Origin: an uncultured Solirubrobacterales bacterium
GTDB taxonomy: Bacteria > Actinomycetota > Thermoleophilia > Solirubrobacterales > 70-9
DNA: 64,000 nt
Direction: 5' to 3'
Assembly (NCBI GenBank): GCA_963701635.1
Contig: CAVPAU010000003.1
Span: forward strand, 228,303 to 292,302
Under the pieces are notes generated by a model. It did no database searches, was not told the DNA's origin, and saw only the letters and a program-made list of their open reading frames with translations. Shown here one piece after another: positions 1 through 10,036 of the stretch. Made by a program: the position numbers and the translations under genes. Positions within the stretch are counted from its first letter, which is position 1. Each line of letters starts with the position of its first letter.

Positions 1-1139
1 GGTTTGCCTCCGACGTGTTCTTCGCGGCCTCCGACGCCCCCAGCGAGGACGAGCTGGCCCGCTCTCTCGTTGCCGCCGGCCCGGGCACGACCCGGGGCAT
101 GGAACTCGCGAGGGGGATCGCTTCCCGCGTCGACGGACGGATTACCGCGGCAACCGCGGCAGAGGTACGGACTCGGACGATCGACTCACTCGAAACCGAC
201 TCTGCGAAGGCGGTGGTGAGAGGGATCAAGAGCTTCGGCCCGACAACGCTCGAGGCTTTCACCCAATGCCCGTACAAATGGTTCATCGAGAAGCATCTGC
301 GGCCGAGTCGCTTCGGTCCGGCTCCACCGCCGATGGTCCGAGGCAAGCTGATCCACGAGGTGCTGGAGAAGCTGCACTCGGATCCGCCCGCGATGCCCGA
401 CGGGAGGACGATCGCCGCGTGGCTGGAGAGAGCCGAGGGGCTGGTCGAGTCACTGGCGGCCGAGCACGGGGTGGGCGGTGATTCTGCGGAACATCGGCTG
501 TTGCGGACGTCATCGAGGCTCGACGTACAGCGCTTCCTCGAGCTCGAGGTGACGTGGCGGCACCCGGAGGGAGACATCGAGCCCTACCCGTACCGGCCCG
601 CCTTCGCCGAGGTGGGGTTCGGCGGTTCAAGCGAGGACGGCGCACTTCAGTTCGACGGCTGGCACCTCACCGGCTACATCGACCGGATCGACGTGCTCGA
701 CGGCGAGGCCGTGATCTTCGACTACAAGTCAGGTAACAGCGGCGTCCTCGCCTTGAAGGAACTGATCGAGGGAGGCAAGCTCCAGCTACAGCTCTACATG
801 CTGGCGGCACGGAGAAGCCTGGGCCTCTCTCCGGTGGGCTCCTTCTACCTGCCGGTCTGCCCTGGCGCCGGCCGACCACGGGGCATCGGGCTGGGTCGCG
901 AACCGAAACCCGGCCGCAAGACCCTGAGGGCGCCGGCGGGGCTGGAGTGCCTGAAGCTGTACCCGAATGACCTTCGATACGACGCGGATCTCGAACAACT
1001 CCTCGCTGACGCCGAGAACGAGGCGAACAGCACCGTCGGCAGGATCCATGCCGGCGAGATAGCCCATGATCCGGGACAATGCCGCAGCCACTTCGAGCAT
1101 CGCTGTGTGCCGGAGGCGGACCTCTGGGAGCGCCCGTGA
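1..1139 (+). CDS. RecB-family PD-(D/E)XK nuclease subunit of a two-subunit helicase-nuclease (AddB/AdnA-like), C-terminal part; the 5' end lies outside the window
   Basis: ORF 15..1139 stays open back to base 3. Motifs FTQCPYKWF and GYIDRIDVLDGEAVIFDYKSG (D..D-x-K nuclease core). Its stop overlaps the GTG of the downstream helicase (GTGA at 1136-1139). Confidence 0.7.
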   Translation, partial: FASDVFFAASDAPSEDELARSLVAAGPGTTRGMELARGIASRVDGRITAATAAEVRTRTIDSLETDSAKAVVRGIKSFGPTTLEAFTQCPYKWFIEKHLRPSRFGPAPPPMVRGKLIHEVLEKLHSDPPAMPDGRTIAAWLERAEGLVESLAAEHGVGGDSAEHRLLRTSSRLDVQRFLELEVTWRHPEGDIEPYPYRPAFAEVGFGGSSEDGALQFDGWHLTGYIDRIDVLDGEAVIFDYKSGNSGVLALKELIEGGKLQLQLYMLAARRSLGLSPVGSFYLPVCPGAGRPRGIGLGREPKPGRKTLRAPAGLECLKLYPNDLRYDADLEQLLADAENEANSTVGRIHAGEIAHDPGQCRSHFEHRCVPEADLWERP

Positions 1140-4100
1140 GAGCCGGCGACACGAAGACCGAGCGGTTGACCGCCCAGCAGCTCGCGGCGATCGAGTGCCG
1201 CGAACGGGACATCCTCGTCGAGGCCGGAGCGGGAACGGGCAAGACCAAGACAACGATCGCGCGCTACCGGCGCCTGCTCGCCGACGGCCACGAGCCGGGC
1301 GAGATCCTCGTCTTCACCTTCACCGACAAGGCGGCGGCCGAGCTGAGGAACAGGGCCCGCGAGACCCCCGAAGGCGAGCCCGAGGTGGCGATGGGCGCCG
1401 CCTGGATCGGAACGTTCCACTCGATCTGCTCGCGCATCCTGCGCGCGCATCCGGTCGCAGCCGACGTGGACCCTCGCTTCGACGTCCTGGACGACGTAAG
1501 GGGGCGGCGTATTCGCAACGCCGCCTTCGAGCGGGCGCTGCGGGAGGTGAGCGAAGACCGCCGCAGTGCGGAGCAGCTGTCACGCGTCGGGCTGGGATCA
1601 TGGAAGACCGGCGTGGCCAGGGCCTACGATCAGCTGCGCGCCCGCGGCGAGGAACGGCCCGCGCTCCCACAGGCGTCGGGCGTGGAGAGCGACGAGCCGG
1701 ACTCCTTTCCGGTCTTCTGCCGGGACCTCGTCGATCGCCTGCTCACCTCGTACGGAGACGCTTACTCAGACATGAAGCGGGCAGAAGGGCTGCTCGACTA
1801 CGAAGACCTGCAGCTTCAGACGCTGAAGCTGCTCGAGAACAACCCCGGGACAAGCCGCTCCTACCGAGAGCGCTTCGTCGAGATGATGGTCGACGAGTTT
1901 CAGGATACGAATCGCCTTCAGGTTCGGCTGATCGAAGCTCTGCGTGGAGAGCAGACGACGCTCTTCACAGTCGGGGACGAGATGCAGGCGATCTACGGCT
2001 TCCGGCACGCCGACGTGCGACTGTTCCGCCGGCGGCGGGAGCAGGTCGACCCCCCACTCGGGCTGACCGCGAATTTCCGCTCCCAGGGTCCGGTGACCGG
2101 CGCCGTCAACCTGATCGGCCGGGGCCTGGACGGTCAGGTCGAGGCGAAGCGTAGCGGCGGACGGCCCGGCGCCGCGACGGCCGCGACCCGCCAGGATTTC
2201 GCCGAGCTGACCTTGGGCCTAGATCCGGAACCCGGCCGGTTGTCCTCGGTCGAGATGCTGTTCGTCGGGTCCGACGGATGGCAGGAACAGGATCTCGGTC
2301 CGCTCTCGCCTGCCAACGCAAGGGACCAGGGCAAGACGGAGTCAGCCACGCGAGCCGAAGCACTTGCGGTGGCGCGGCGGGTGCGCGAAGCCGTCGACCG
2401 GGGCGACGTCGACGTCTCGCAGGTGGCGCTGCTGTTCAGGACGAAATCGAATATGCCCATTCACGCAGAGGCGCTCGCCCACTACGGTCTCGAGCCCTAC
2501 ATCGTCGGACGCAGTGACTTCTGGTCTTCGCGCGAGGCCATCGACATCCTTGCCCTGCTGGCGGTCGTCGCCAATCCCCTCGACGACGAGTCCCTGCTTT
2601 CGCCACTGCTCGGCCCGGCCTGCGGCCTGAGCCCGGATGCGCTGGTGCTGCTGCGCGACGGGAGCGGCGGAGGGCCCATGTGGCCGGCCGTGATCAGAGC
2701 AGCCCGCGGTGAGGTTCCGGGCATCCGGGCCGACGACTGCGAGCGCGCGGGTGGCTTCGTCGCGGCGATCGAATCGCTGCGAAGCGCGCTGCCTATCACC
2801 CCGCTCGGCGAAGTGGTCGAGAGGGTCGTGACCTCGACCGGATACGACCTCGCTTGCCTCGGTCGCGGCGGCCGGGTGGAGCGAATGGCCAACCTGAGAC
2901 GAATCGGGTCGCTGGCTGCCGACTACGAAGCCTCGGAGGGAAGGGACCTGCGGGGCTTCCTGCGGTGGGCAGAAGACAGCTCCGACCTCGAGGCCGAGAG
3001 CGGCGTCGCCACCGAGGAGGAGAGCGGCCGGGTCGTCCGGTTGATGACCATCCACAAGGCCAAGGGGCTCGAGTTCGACATGGTGTGCGTGCCCGACCTG
3101 GGAAAGGATCGCCGGGCGCCGGGCTCAGGGGTCAGGATCTGCTGGATCGGACCGGGCCGCGACGACGGTTCGCCGCCGGCCGGCGAAGCTGAAGAAACCG
3201 GCCACGACGCTTCGATCACCTTCGGCCTGAGGGTCGTGGACGAGCAGGGAGTCCAGGGAGAGTTCTTTGACTGGGACGCAATCCGAGACGCCGCCGAAGT
3301 CGAGCAGGAAGACGAGGAACTCCGCCTGTTCCACGTGGCGATGACCCGGGCGCGCCGACTGCTCGTGCTGAGCGGGATCCACCCGCTGGAAGGCAGGAGC
3401 GGGAGCGTCAACGAAAACACGGCCGGAAGGCTGTACCGGTGGACACTCGGCAGTGCCGGCGGCGAAGACGGCCTCCTGCCTTCGACCATCGCGGTTCCGG
3501 CACCCGCGTCGGGAGCGCCCCTCGAATCCGAACCAGAGGCAACGAAGATCGCGGTCGAGGCGATACCGGCCACGGAGGAAAACGCCGACGCGCTCAGGAC
3601 GGGCCGGGAGGCCGAGCCCGCAGAACCGGGTGAAGGTGCCTCGGGGAGGCCGCCGCTCCACCGGCCGGAGCGCTCTCGAAGACCGGAGGTGCCGCTGTCG
3701 TTTACGACGCTCAGCGTGCTCGCGGATTGCCCCGCGCGCTTCTTCGCCACGCGGGTGCTGAAGCTCGAAGAGCCGGAGAGCGCGTGGACGTCCAGGGATC
3801 CCGAAGACCGGGAAGAAGTGGCCCTCGATCCGGAAGACAGCAGTCCGCTGACGGTTCGCGAGGCGACAGCGTTCGGCAGCGTGGTCCACGATCTGCTCGA
3901 GTCTTCGGCGAAGCGCCGGTGGGTCAGACCGGCCGAGTCCGAAATCAAAGCGCGGCTCGATGGCCGTGGCCTCGAGACCGACGACGGGAAGCTGCCCGCG
4001 CGCGCAGCCGAAATGATCTACGGCTTCATGGATTCCCCGCTCGGCAAGAGAGTCGCCGGTCAATCCTGCGACCCGGAAACGCCGCTCCTCTTCGATGCAG

Positions 4101-4501
4101 GCGGCATCACGATCCGGGGCTTCGCCGATCTGCTGGCCCGAGACGCTTCGCCACCGTTGATACTCGACTACAAATCCAACAACCTGCGGGATACCACCGC
4201 GGCGGCGAAGATGGAAGAGCAGTACCTGCTCCAGCGGGATCTCTACGGGCTCGCCGTGGCCGACGGACTCGCGGCCGAGACGGTCGACACAGCCTTCGTC
4301 TTCCTGGAAGACGTGGCAAACCCGATCGAAATGAGGCTCGGTCGCGAAGAACTCGCCCGGGCGCGCGACACGGTCGACAGCCTGGTCACGATGATCAGAA
4401 CCGGCTCGTTCTTCGGTGAGTCCGATGCGGCGGTAGTGCCGTGCGGAGAATGCTGGGCCTGCGGACGGCTCGAATCGCGGCTGGTCAGATCACGCAGCTG
4501 A
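1136..4501 (+). CDS. UvrD/AddA-type ATP-dependent helicase with C-terminal PD-(D/E)XK nuclease domain
   Basis: Walker A EAGAGTGKTKT, motif II MMVDEFQDTN, TIHKAKGLEFDMV and HVAMTRARRLLVLSG helicase motifs, C-terminal LILDYKSN nuclease motif and CGECWAC. Start placed at in-frame GTG 1136 (translational coupling) instead of ORF-track 1079. Confidence 0.85.
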   Translation: MRAGDTKTERLTAQQLAAIECRERDILVEAGAGTGKTKTTIARYRRLLADGHEPGEILVFTFTDKAAAELRNRARETPEGEPEVAMGAAWIGTFHSICSRILRAHPVAADVDPRFDVLDDVRGRRIRNAAFERALREVSEDRRSAEQLSRVGLGSWKTGVARAYDQLRARGEERPALPQASGVESDEPDSFPVFCRDLVDRLLTSYGDAYSDMKRAEGLLDYEDLQLQTLKLLENNPGTSRSYRERFVEMMVDEFQDTNRLQVRLIEALRGEQTTLFTVGDEMQAIYGFRHADVRLFRRRREQVDPPLGLTANFRSQGPVTGAVNLIGRGLDGQVEAKRSGGRPGAATAATRQDFAELTLGLDPEPGRLSSVEMLFVGSDGWQEQDLGPLSPANARDQGKTESATRAEALAVARRVREAVDRGDVDVSQVALLFRTKSNMPIHAEALAHYGLEPYIVGRSDFWSSREAIDILALLAVVANPLDDESLLSPLLGPACGLSPDALVLLRDGSGGGPMWPAVIRAARGEVPGIRADDCERAGGFVAAIESLRSALPITPLGEVVERVVTSTGYDLACLGRGGRVERMANLRRIGSLAADYEASEGRDLRGFLRWAEDSSDLEAESGVATEEESGRVVRLMTIHKAKGLEFDMVCVPDLGKDRRAPGSGVRICWIGPGRDDGSPPAGEAEETGHDASITFGLRVVDEQGVQGEFFDWDAIRDAAEVEQEDEELRLFHVAMTRARRLLVLSGIHPLEGRSGSVNENTAGRLYRWTLGSAGGEDGLLPSTIAVPAPASGAPLESEPEATKIAVEAIPATEENADALRTGREAEPAEPGEGASGRPPLHRPERSRRPEVPLSFTTLSVLADCPARFFATRVLKLEEPESAWTSRDPEDREEVALDPEDSSPLTVREATAFGSVVHDLLESSAKRRWVRPAESEIKARLDGRGLETDDGKLPARAAEMIYGFMDSPLGKRVAGQSCDPETPLLFDAGGITIRGFADLLARDASPPLILDYKSNNLRDTTAAAKMEEQYLLQRDLYGLAVADGLAAETVDTAFVFLEDVANPIEMRLGREELARARDTVDSLVTMIRTGSFFGESDAAVVPCGECWACGRLESRLVRSRS

Positions 4502-4516
4502 ACGCCCGCCCGCGGC

Positions 4517-4885
4517 TCAGAAGGGTGGCTCCTCCGGGGGCGGGGGCTGCTCGTCGCCCGCCGGTTCGGTGTCGGGTGGGGATGGCTCCGGCTGTCCGCC
4601 TTCGGACTGGCCGGCGTCGGGCCGCGGGGAGGGCGCCGAAGAGGGGCTGAGCGAGGCGGCGAGGTCCTCCAGGCGCAGTTCCTTGAGTCCTTCGTCGACG
4701 GCGGCGAGTTCGGCGGCGCAGTACTCGATCAGGGTCTTGGCCTCGGCGCACAGGTCCAGGGTCTCGCGCAGCTGCGCGTCGCCCGAGTCGAGGCGCGCGA
4801 TGATCTCGTCGAGACGGGCCGTCGCCGTCTCGTAGTCGCCGGCTGCGTCGCCGTCAGGTTCGGACGGGTCGCGGTCTTCACTCAT
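4517..4885 (-). CDS. xseB: Exodeoxyribonuclease VII small subunit with a ~48-aa Pro/Glu/Ser-rich C-terminal tail
   Basis: YETATARLDEIIARLDSGDAQLRETLDLCAEAKTLIEYC is typical of XseB. It overlaps the xseA stop by 8 nt. Confidence 0.85.
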   Translation of the reverse strand: MSEDRDPSEPDGDAAGDYETATARLDEIIARLDSGDAQLRETLDLCAEAKTLIEYCAAELAAVDEGLKELRLEDLAASLSPSSAPSPRPDAGQSEGGQPEPSPPDTEPAGDEQPPPPEEPPF

Positions 4886-6281
4886 CTGGGTCGAGTCCTT
4901 TCAGTCTGGTCTGGCCGAACTCTGCCGGGTCGCGCGGACGGGTACGGCGGCGCCTGCGGCGGGCTGCTGCGACCTCGGCCTCGACGCGGCCGTCGGCGAA
5001 GACCACGCCGAAACGCCCGGCGACCCGCGCCTGGGCCGTCGTGAGGATCGGTTCACCCGCTTCGTCCTCGACACGGGCAAAGCCGCGCTCCAGAGTGCGC
5101 TGGGGATCGTGGGCGCGCAGGGTCACCCCGGAAGCGCGGCAGAAAGCCTGGCCGCGTTCGACCGCTGCCCGGCCCGCGGTTCCGGCAGCGCCGGTGCGGA
5201 CCACGAGGGCGTCCGCGGCCGCTCGGGTCGATCGCGCGGCCCGACCGACCGCAGGCGCGAGGCTCTTGGCCAGCATCGTGCCGATGCGGTCGCGGCGCAG
5301 GTCCACCCCGCGCCCGGACGACGCCCGCACCTCCCGTGCCTTCTGGTCGAGCATGCTGCGCTGGGCGCGTACGGCCCTCGCCGGAGCAGCCGCGCGGGCC
5401 GTGAGCGGCCGGGCCCGGCCGGAGATCGCCGCCGCAGGGACCTTCGAGACACGCGCCGCGACCCGGGCCAGCTCGGTCCGAGCCCGGTCGCAGTCGAGAC
5501 CGATCACCTCCTCGGCGGCATGGGTCGGGGTCGAGCACCTCACAGCGGCGACGTCGTCGATCAGCGTCACGTCCCGTTCGTGGCCGACCGCCGAGTAGAC
5601 CGGGACGGCGAGCATCGCGACCGTGCGGCACAGGTCTTCGTCGCAGAAAGCCCACAGGTCGGTGAGGCTGCCCCCTCCCCGGCTGACGACTATCACCTCG
5701 ACATCGGCCAGGGCAGCGAGGTCGCTGACCGCACGGGTGATCGCAGGTGCCGCTTTTCGGTCCTGCACTGGCGCGAAGGCCCATACGATCTCGCCGGACC
5801 AGCCGCGGCGCTCGAGCCCGGCCAGCAGATCGTCACGGGCGGCTCCGCCCTCGGCGGTGATCACCCCGATCCGCTTCGGCAGCAGGGGGCGCCGGAGCCG
5901 TTTCTGGAGCTCGAGCAGGCCCTCGGCCTCGAACTGCCTGCGCAGCGCCGCAAGCCGGGCGAGCAGGTCGCCTTCGCCCGCTGGCCTGAGTTCAGTGACC
6001 CTGAAGCTGAAGCCGGGCGAGGCGTTCTTGCCTCCCGGGTAGTAGTCGGGACCGCCGCGGGCGACCACGGCGGCGCCGTCGCGAAGGCATTCGGACGGCA
6101 GGTCGAGCGCGTCGAGCTCGTTGTTCCAGATCGCGCACGGCACCCCGCCACGGTCGTCACGCAACTGGAAGTAGGTCTGCACGCGGGTTCGCCGGACGTC
6201 GGCCAGCTCGCCCGTCACCTCCACCCTCTCCAGCTTCTGGAATTCCCGCTTCAGACGGTTGGCGTACTCGCCGACCGGCAA
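4878..6281 (-). CDS. xseA: Exodeoxyribonuclease VII large subunit
   Basis: OB-fold N-terminus (VEVTGELADV..YFQLRD) and catalytic core VIVVSRGGGSLTDLWAFCDE. TTG start at 6281 is the first start codon in frame. Confidence 0.88.
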   Translation of the reverse strand: MPVGEYANRLKREFQKLERVEVTGELADVRRTRVQTYFQLRDDRGGVPCAIWNNELDALDLPSECLRDGAAVVARGGPDYYPGGKNASPGFSFRVTELRPAGEGDLLARLAALRRQFEAEGLLELQKRLRRPLLPKRIGVITAEGGAARDDLLAGLERRGWSGEIVWAFAPVQDRKAAPAITRAVSDLAALADVEVIVVSRGGGSLTDLWAFCDEDLCRTVAMLAVPVYSAVGHERDVTLIDDVAAVRCSTPTHAAEEVIGLDCDRARTELARVAARVSKVPAAAISGRARPLTARAAAPARAVRAQRSMLDQKAREVRASSGRGVDLRRDRIGTMLAKSLAPAVGRAARSTRAAADALVVRTGAAGTAGRAAVERGQAFCRASGVTLRAHDPQRTLERGFARVEDEAGEPILTTAQARVAGRFGVVFADGRVEAEVAAARRRRRRTRPRDPAEFGQTRLKGLDPDE

Positions 6282-6334
6282 CGCGGCACGGGCCGCCTGC
6301 TCGCCGGTGCCCGGTTCGGTCCGCTCGTCACCGG

Positions 6335-6709
6335 TCAGGGAAGGGGCTCCTGGTGCCAGTCACAGGCCCACTCGCGCAGCATCTGGATCGCCGGCTTGAG
6401 CGAGCGGCCCTTTTCGGTGAGCTCGTATGTCACCTTGACGGGCAGGTCGTCCTCGACCGTCCGGCTGATCATGCCCGCGGTCTCGAGCTCGCGCAGGCGC
6501 CGCGACAACAGCCGGTCGGAAAGACCGGGGACGGCGCGCTTGAGCTCGGCGAAACGCAGCGGCCGGTCAGACAGCGCCCAGATGATCGCCCCGCTCCACC
6601 GCTTGCCGATCATCTCGATCGCCGCGTGGAAGTGGGGGCAGACCTCGGTCAGAGCCGACTTTTCGGCTCCCCCGGAGGCGGCGCCGGTTTCAAGAATGCT
6701 GCCGGACAA
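6335..6709 (-). CDS. HxlR-family winged-helix transcriptional regulator
   Basis: CPHFHAAIEMIGKRWSGAIIWAL..RFAELKRAVPGLSDRLLSRRLRELETAGMISR matches the HxlR pattern. Confidence 0.85.
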   Translation of the reverse strand: MSGSILETGAASGGAEKSALTEVCPHFHAAIEMIGKRWSGAIIWALSDRPLRFAELKRAVPGLSDRLLSRRLRELETAGMISRTVEDDLPVKVTYELTEKGRSLKPAIQMLREWACDWHQEPLP

Positions 6710-6784
6710 GATGTCCTGAGCTTACAAAACCGGGCCGGTCGGCTATGGAACTTGGCGTCTGGACAGCGATTGCGGTGCCGTCGC

Positions 6785-7927
6785 TCACCGGGCGCAGGGC
6801 CCGGTGTCGACTTCGGCGCGGGCGCGCGAGGTGATCCGCCGGACGATGTCGTTGGGGATCGCCAGCCCTCCCGGCGGACCCTCGGTGGTCGACGCGAACA
6901 CGGTTCCCAGCACCCTGCCCTGCCGGTCGAGCATCGGACCGCCGGAGTTGCCGCGTCGGACCCGCCCGCGCAGGGTCAGCATCTCGCGCTGGAACGGACC
7001 CGATCCGTATGCGTCTTCGCCGAAAACCTCGCGGGTGACACCGGCCCTGGCCGGCGTGATGGTGAGCGGACCGTCGTTCGGGTAGCCGATCACGGCCGCC
7101 GAAGTCCCTTCGGCCGCGGCGGCGAGCATCGGCAGCACGGGCAGGTCCACCGGCGCCGAGAGCACGCTGATGTCGTTGCGCGGGCTGTAGGCGATCGGCG
7201 TCGCATCGACCAACTGGCCGTCGTTCGACTCGATCCGCGTGTCGTCCTGACCGGCCACCACGTGGGCGTTGGTCACGATGGTATTGGGCGCGACGACCCA
7301 GCCCGAACCCATGATTCCGACTCCGCAGGCGGTTCCTGTGACCTTGACGACCGAAGCGCTGGCGCTCCTCACCGCCGGCGAAGCGCCGGCGCCGGCGCCA
7401 GGGCTCGCGATCTCACCGGGCGACGTGGCGAAGCTGGGCAGCGGACTGACCCGGTAGAGCGCCTGGATCAGCGGTCCCGAGGGCGGCATCACGTCATTGA
7501 TCCCGGCCAGCAGCACCGACCGCTGCGCATCCCGGCGGAGGCTCTCGGTGCCCGGCATGTAGAGGACGACCGCGCCCAGCACCCAGATGATCCCGAGCGC
7601 GACCGCAGACATGAGCAGGGCCCCGCCGATGCCGTCGACCACCTCCCCGAAGGGTCCGCGTACGGCGACGCCGCGAAGGCTCGCACCGACCGAAGCCGAA
7701 ATCGCGAGCGCAAGGGATCCGAAGAGCACGGCACCGAGCAGCGCGAACATCGGTGCGTAGGGTGAGTTCGAGCCACCCTCGAGGATCACCGGGGCCAGCC
7801 TCGACCCGATCGCGGCACCGATGACGAGTCCCGCGAGGCCGAGCAGGCCGACGATCAGGCCCTGCCTGAAGCCCCACAGGGCGAGTAGGAAGGTGAAGGC
7901 GGCGATCGCCCAGTCGACTGCGGTCAC
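6785..7927 (-). CDS. MarP-like membrane serine protease (CvpA-type N-terminal TM domain plus trypsin-like S1 domain)
   Basis: Four N-terminal TM helices, then VTGTACG..GSGWVV..TNAHVV (His), NDISVL (Asp) and GNSGGPMLD (Ser) catalytic motifs. Confidence 0.85.
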   Translation of the reverse strand: MTAVDWAIAAFTFLLALWGFRQGLIVGLLGLAGLVIGAAIGSRLAPVILEGGSNSPYAPMFALLGAVLFGSLALAISASVGASLRGVAVRGPFGEVVDGIGGALLMSAVALGIIWVLGAVVLYMPGTESLRRDAQRSVLLAGINDVMPPSGPLIQALYRVSPLPSFATSPGEIASPGAGAGASPAVRSASASVVKVTGTACGVGIMGSGWVVAPNTIVTNAHVVAGQDDTRIESNDGQLVDATPIAYSPRNDISVLSAPVDLPVLPMLAAAAEGTSAAVIGYPNDGPLTITPARAGVTREVFGEDAYGSGPFQREMLTLRGRVRRGNSGGPMLDRQGRVLGTVFASTTEGPPGGLAIPNDIVRRITSRARAEVDTGPCAR

Positions 7928-7972
7928 CAGACCAATCTAGCCACCCGCCCCAACCGGTAGTTTTCATGTGTT

Positions 7973-9700
7973 ATGAGGACCGCCCCGACACGGCTGGAGC
8001 GCCGACAGCGCCTGAAGACGAGGGCACTCCCCCTGCTGGCGATCGCCTTCGTCTCGTTCGTCGCCGGAGCGATCAACGGCTGCCCGGGCAATCCGAACCG
8101 CGACGCGGCGGAGCGGTACCTCAAGGCGTGGCAGGAGGGGGACTACGAGGCCATGCATTCCGAGCTCAGCACGTTGTCAAGGGAGGCGATCCCCGTGGAA
8201 CGCTTCACCGAGCGCTACTCCGAGGCCGAAGCCGTTGCCACGCTGAAGGGGATCGATCCCGGCGAGCCTGGAGGCGACGAGAGCCTGGTCGAGATCCCGG
8301 TCAGCACGTCGACGCTGGCATTCGGCACGATCGAGCAGCCGATGAAGTTCACTTTCGGTGAAGACGGGATCGCCTGGCAGAGCGGCCTGCTCTTCCCCGG
8401 CCTCGAAGAGGGCGAGCAGCTCGACCGCGAGACCAGGCTGCCGCGCCGGGCCTCGATCCTCGCCAACGACGGCCAGGTCATGGTCGAGGGGCCGTCGCTG
8501 GCACGGACGTACCCGCTCGGCGATTCGATGATCGACGTCACCGGGACGGTCGGCACCAGCGACGAAGGACTGACCGAGGCCCAGATTGCCGCGGGCTTCA
8601 ACGAAGGCGAGCCGACGGGGCTGAGCGGGATCGAACTCGCCTACAACTCCAGGCTCGCCGGCAAGCCCGGCGGCACGCTGAGTGCGGTCCCGATCGAAGG
8701 CGGCGGGGGCGGCAGGGTGCTCGGTGAGGGCGAGCCGAAACCGGCAAAGCCGCTGAAGACGACGATCGACGCCGAACTCCAGTCCGTCTCGGTCTCGGCC
8801 CTGGCGGGGCAGGTGGGCGGCGTGGCGGTGCTGGACGCCATGAGGGGCAACATCAGGGCATTGGCAGGCCAGGCCTTCTCGGTCCTTCAACCTCCCGGTT
8901 CGACGATGAAGATCGTCACCGCGACCGCGGCTCTGGAAACGGGAAAGGCGACCCTTGACAGCCAGTACGAGTTCTCGACCTCGGGAATCGCCGACGGGCG
9001 GGAGATCGAGAACGCCTATGGCGAAGTCTGCGGTGGCAGCTTCATTGAGAGCTTCGCCGACTCATGCAACTCCGTCTTCGCGCCGCTGGGCATGGAGATC
9101 GGCGAGCAACAGCTGACCGAGACCGCCGAGGGCTTCGGCTTCAACCGCGTCCCCGCGATCTACAACGAGGAAGGGACCGAGGCGATCGACCCCCCGGTCC
9201 CGACCATCCCTCAGCCCGGTGAGTACAACAACGAACTCGGAGTGAGCGCGATCGGCCAGGGCAAGGTCCAGGCTACGCCGCTGCTGATGGCGAGCGTCTC
9301 CCAGGCGATCGCGAGTGACGGGGTCACGATGCCGACCCCGATCGCCTCCGAACCCGAACTGCAGCCCGATGTCGAGCCGATGCGTGTGACCGACCGCAAG
9401 ACGGCCAACCAGGTGACCCAGGGAATGGTGGCGGTGGTCACTTCCGGAACCGGCATCGCCGGTGCGATCCCCGAGGCCCAGGTGGCCGGCAAAACGGGTA
9501 CGGCCGAGGTCGGCCCGCGAGGCGGTGGCGCCGTCGACGAGGAAGGCAACCCGGACCTGGTCGAGGACGCGTGGTTCTCGGCATTCGCCCCCGCCGACAA
9601 GCCGAAACTCGCAATCGGGGTGATGATCATCGACGCCAGCGCCGGCGGCGGTACCGTCGCCGCGCCGATCGCCAGCCAGATCCTCTCGGCCGGGCTCTAG
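7973..9700 (+). CDS. Penicillin-binding transpeptidase (class-B PBP-like, NTF2/MecA_N-type N-terminal domain)
   Basis: N-terminal TM/lipobox-like segment. SxxK (STMK), SxN (SCNS) and KTG (KTGTAE) motifs are in the correct order. Confidence 0.88.
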   Translation: MRTAPTRLERRQRLKTRALPLLAIAFVSFVAGAINGCPGNPNRDAAERYLKAWQEGDYEAMHSELSTLSREAIPVERFTERYSEAEAVATLKGIDPGEPGGDESLVEIPVSTSTLAFGTIEQPMKFTFGEDGIAWQSGLLFPGLEEGEQLDRETRLPRRASILANDGQVMVEGPSLARTYPLGDSMIDVTGTVGTSDEGLTEAQIAAGFNEGEPTGLSGIELAYNSRLAGKPGGTLSAVPIEGGGGGRVLGEGEPKPAKPLKTTIDAELQSVSVSALAGQVGGVAVLDAMRGNIRALAGQAFSVLQPPGSTMKIVTATAALETGKATLDSQYEFSTSGIADGREIENAYGEVCGGSFIESFADSCNSVFAPLGMEIGEQQLTETAEGFGFNRVPAIYNEEGTEAIDPPVPTIPQPGEYNNELGVSAIGQGKVQATPLLMASVSQAIASDGVTMPTPIASEPELQPDVEPMRVTDRKTANQVTQGMVAVVTSGTGIAGAIPEAQVAGKTGTAEVGPRGGGAVDEEGNPDLVEDAWFSAFAPADKPKLAIGVMIIDASAGGGTVAAPIASQILSAGL

Positions 9701-9927
9701 CCCGGGGCGTCGGCTTCGTCGGCTTCGGGAGGAGTGCCGAGGGCCACCGCGACGAGCACCACGACACCTCCCGCGGTGATCAGGATCCCTCCCACCACCG
9801 GCAGCAGCAACTCCAGGCCGAATCCGGCGAGGCAGACGAGGGAGGCCACGGCGACCGCGTTCCACCACTGCTCGATGTAGGGCCCGCGGCTGCGCGCGCT
9901 CGGAGCCGAGAGTACGACCCCCAGCAC
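9697..9927 (-). CDS. Small hypothetical membrane protein (2 predicted TM helices)
   Basis: Hydrophobic ORF with GC-rich third positions. No homology recognised. The upstream in-frame hydrophobic stretch has no canonical start codon. Confidence 0.35.
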   Translation of the reverse strand: MLGVVLSAPSARSRGPYIEQWWNAVAVASLVCLAGFGLELLLPVVGGILITAGGVVVLVAVALGTPPEADEADAPG

Positions 9928-10036
9928 AAGCAGGGCCAGCCCGGCGCCGGCCAGGGGGAACCAGATCGGAGAGAGCAGCGCCAGGGCCGCACCGGCGCCG
10001 CAGGTGAGTTGGCCGACCGCTCCGGCGGAAAGACCC

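Noticed and set aside
1-6281. The AddAB-like plus XseAB cluster as a novel nuclease-based defence island.
   Set aside because: All four are standard recombination/repair functions with canonical motifs. No methyltransferase, restriction, ATPase-nuclease or mobile-element genes accompany them.
5109-6719. A 536-aa ORF on the plus strand.
   Set aside because: It is antisense to xseA and the HxlR regulator, both of which have strong motif support. Its composition is that of a GC-rich shadow frame.
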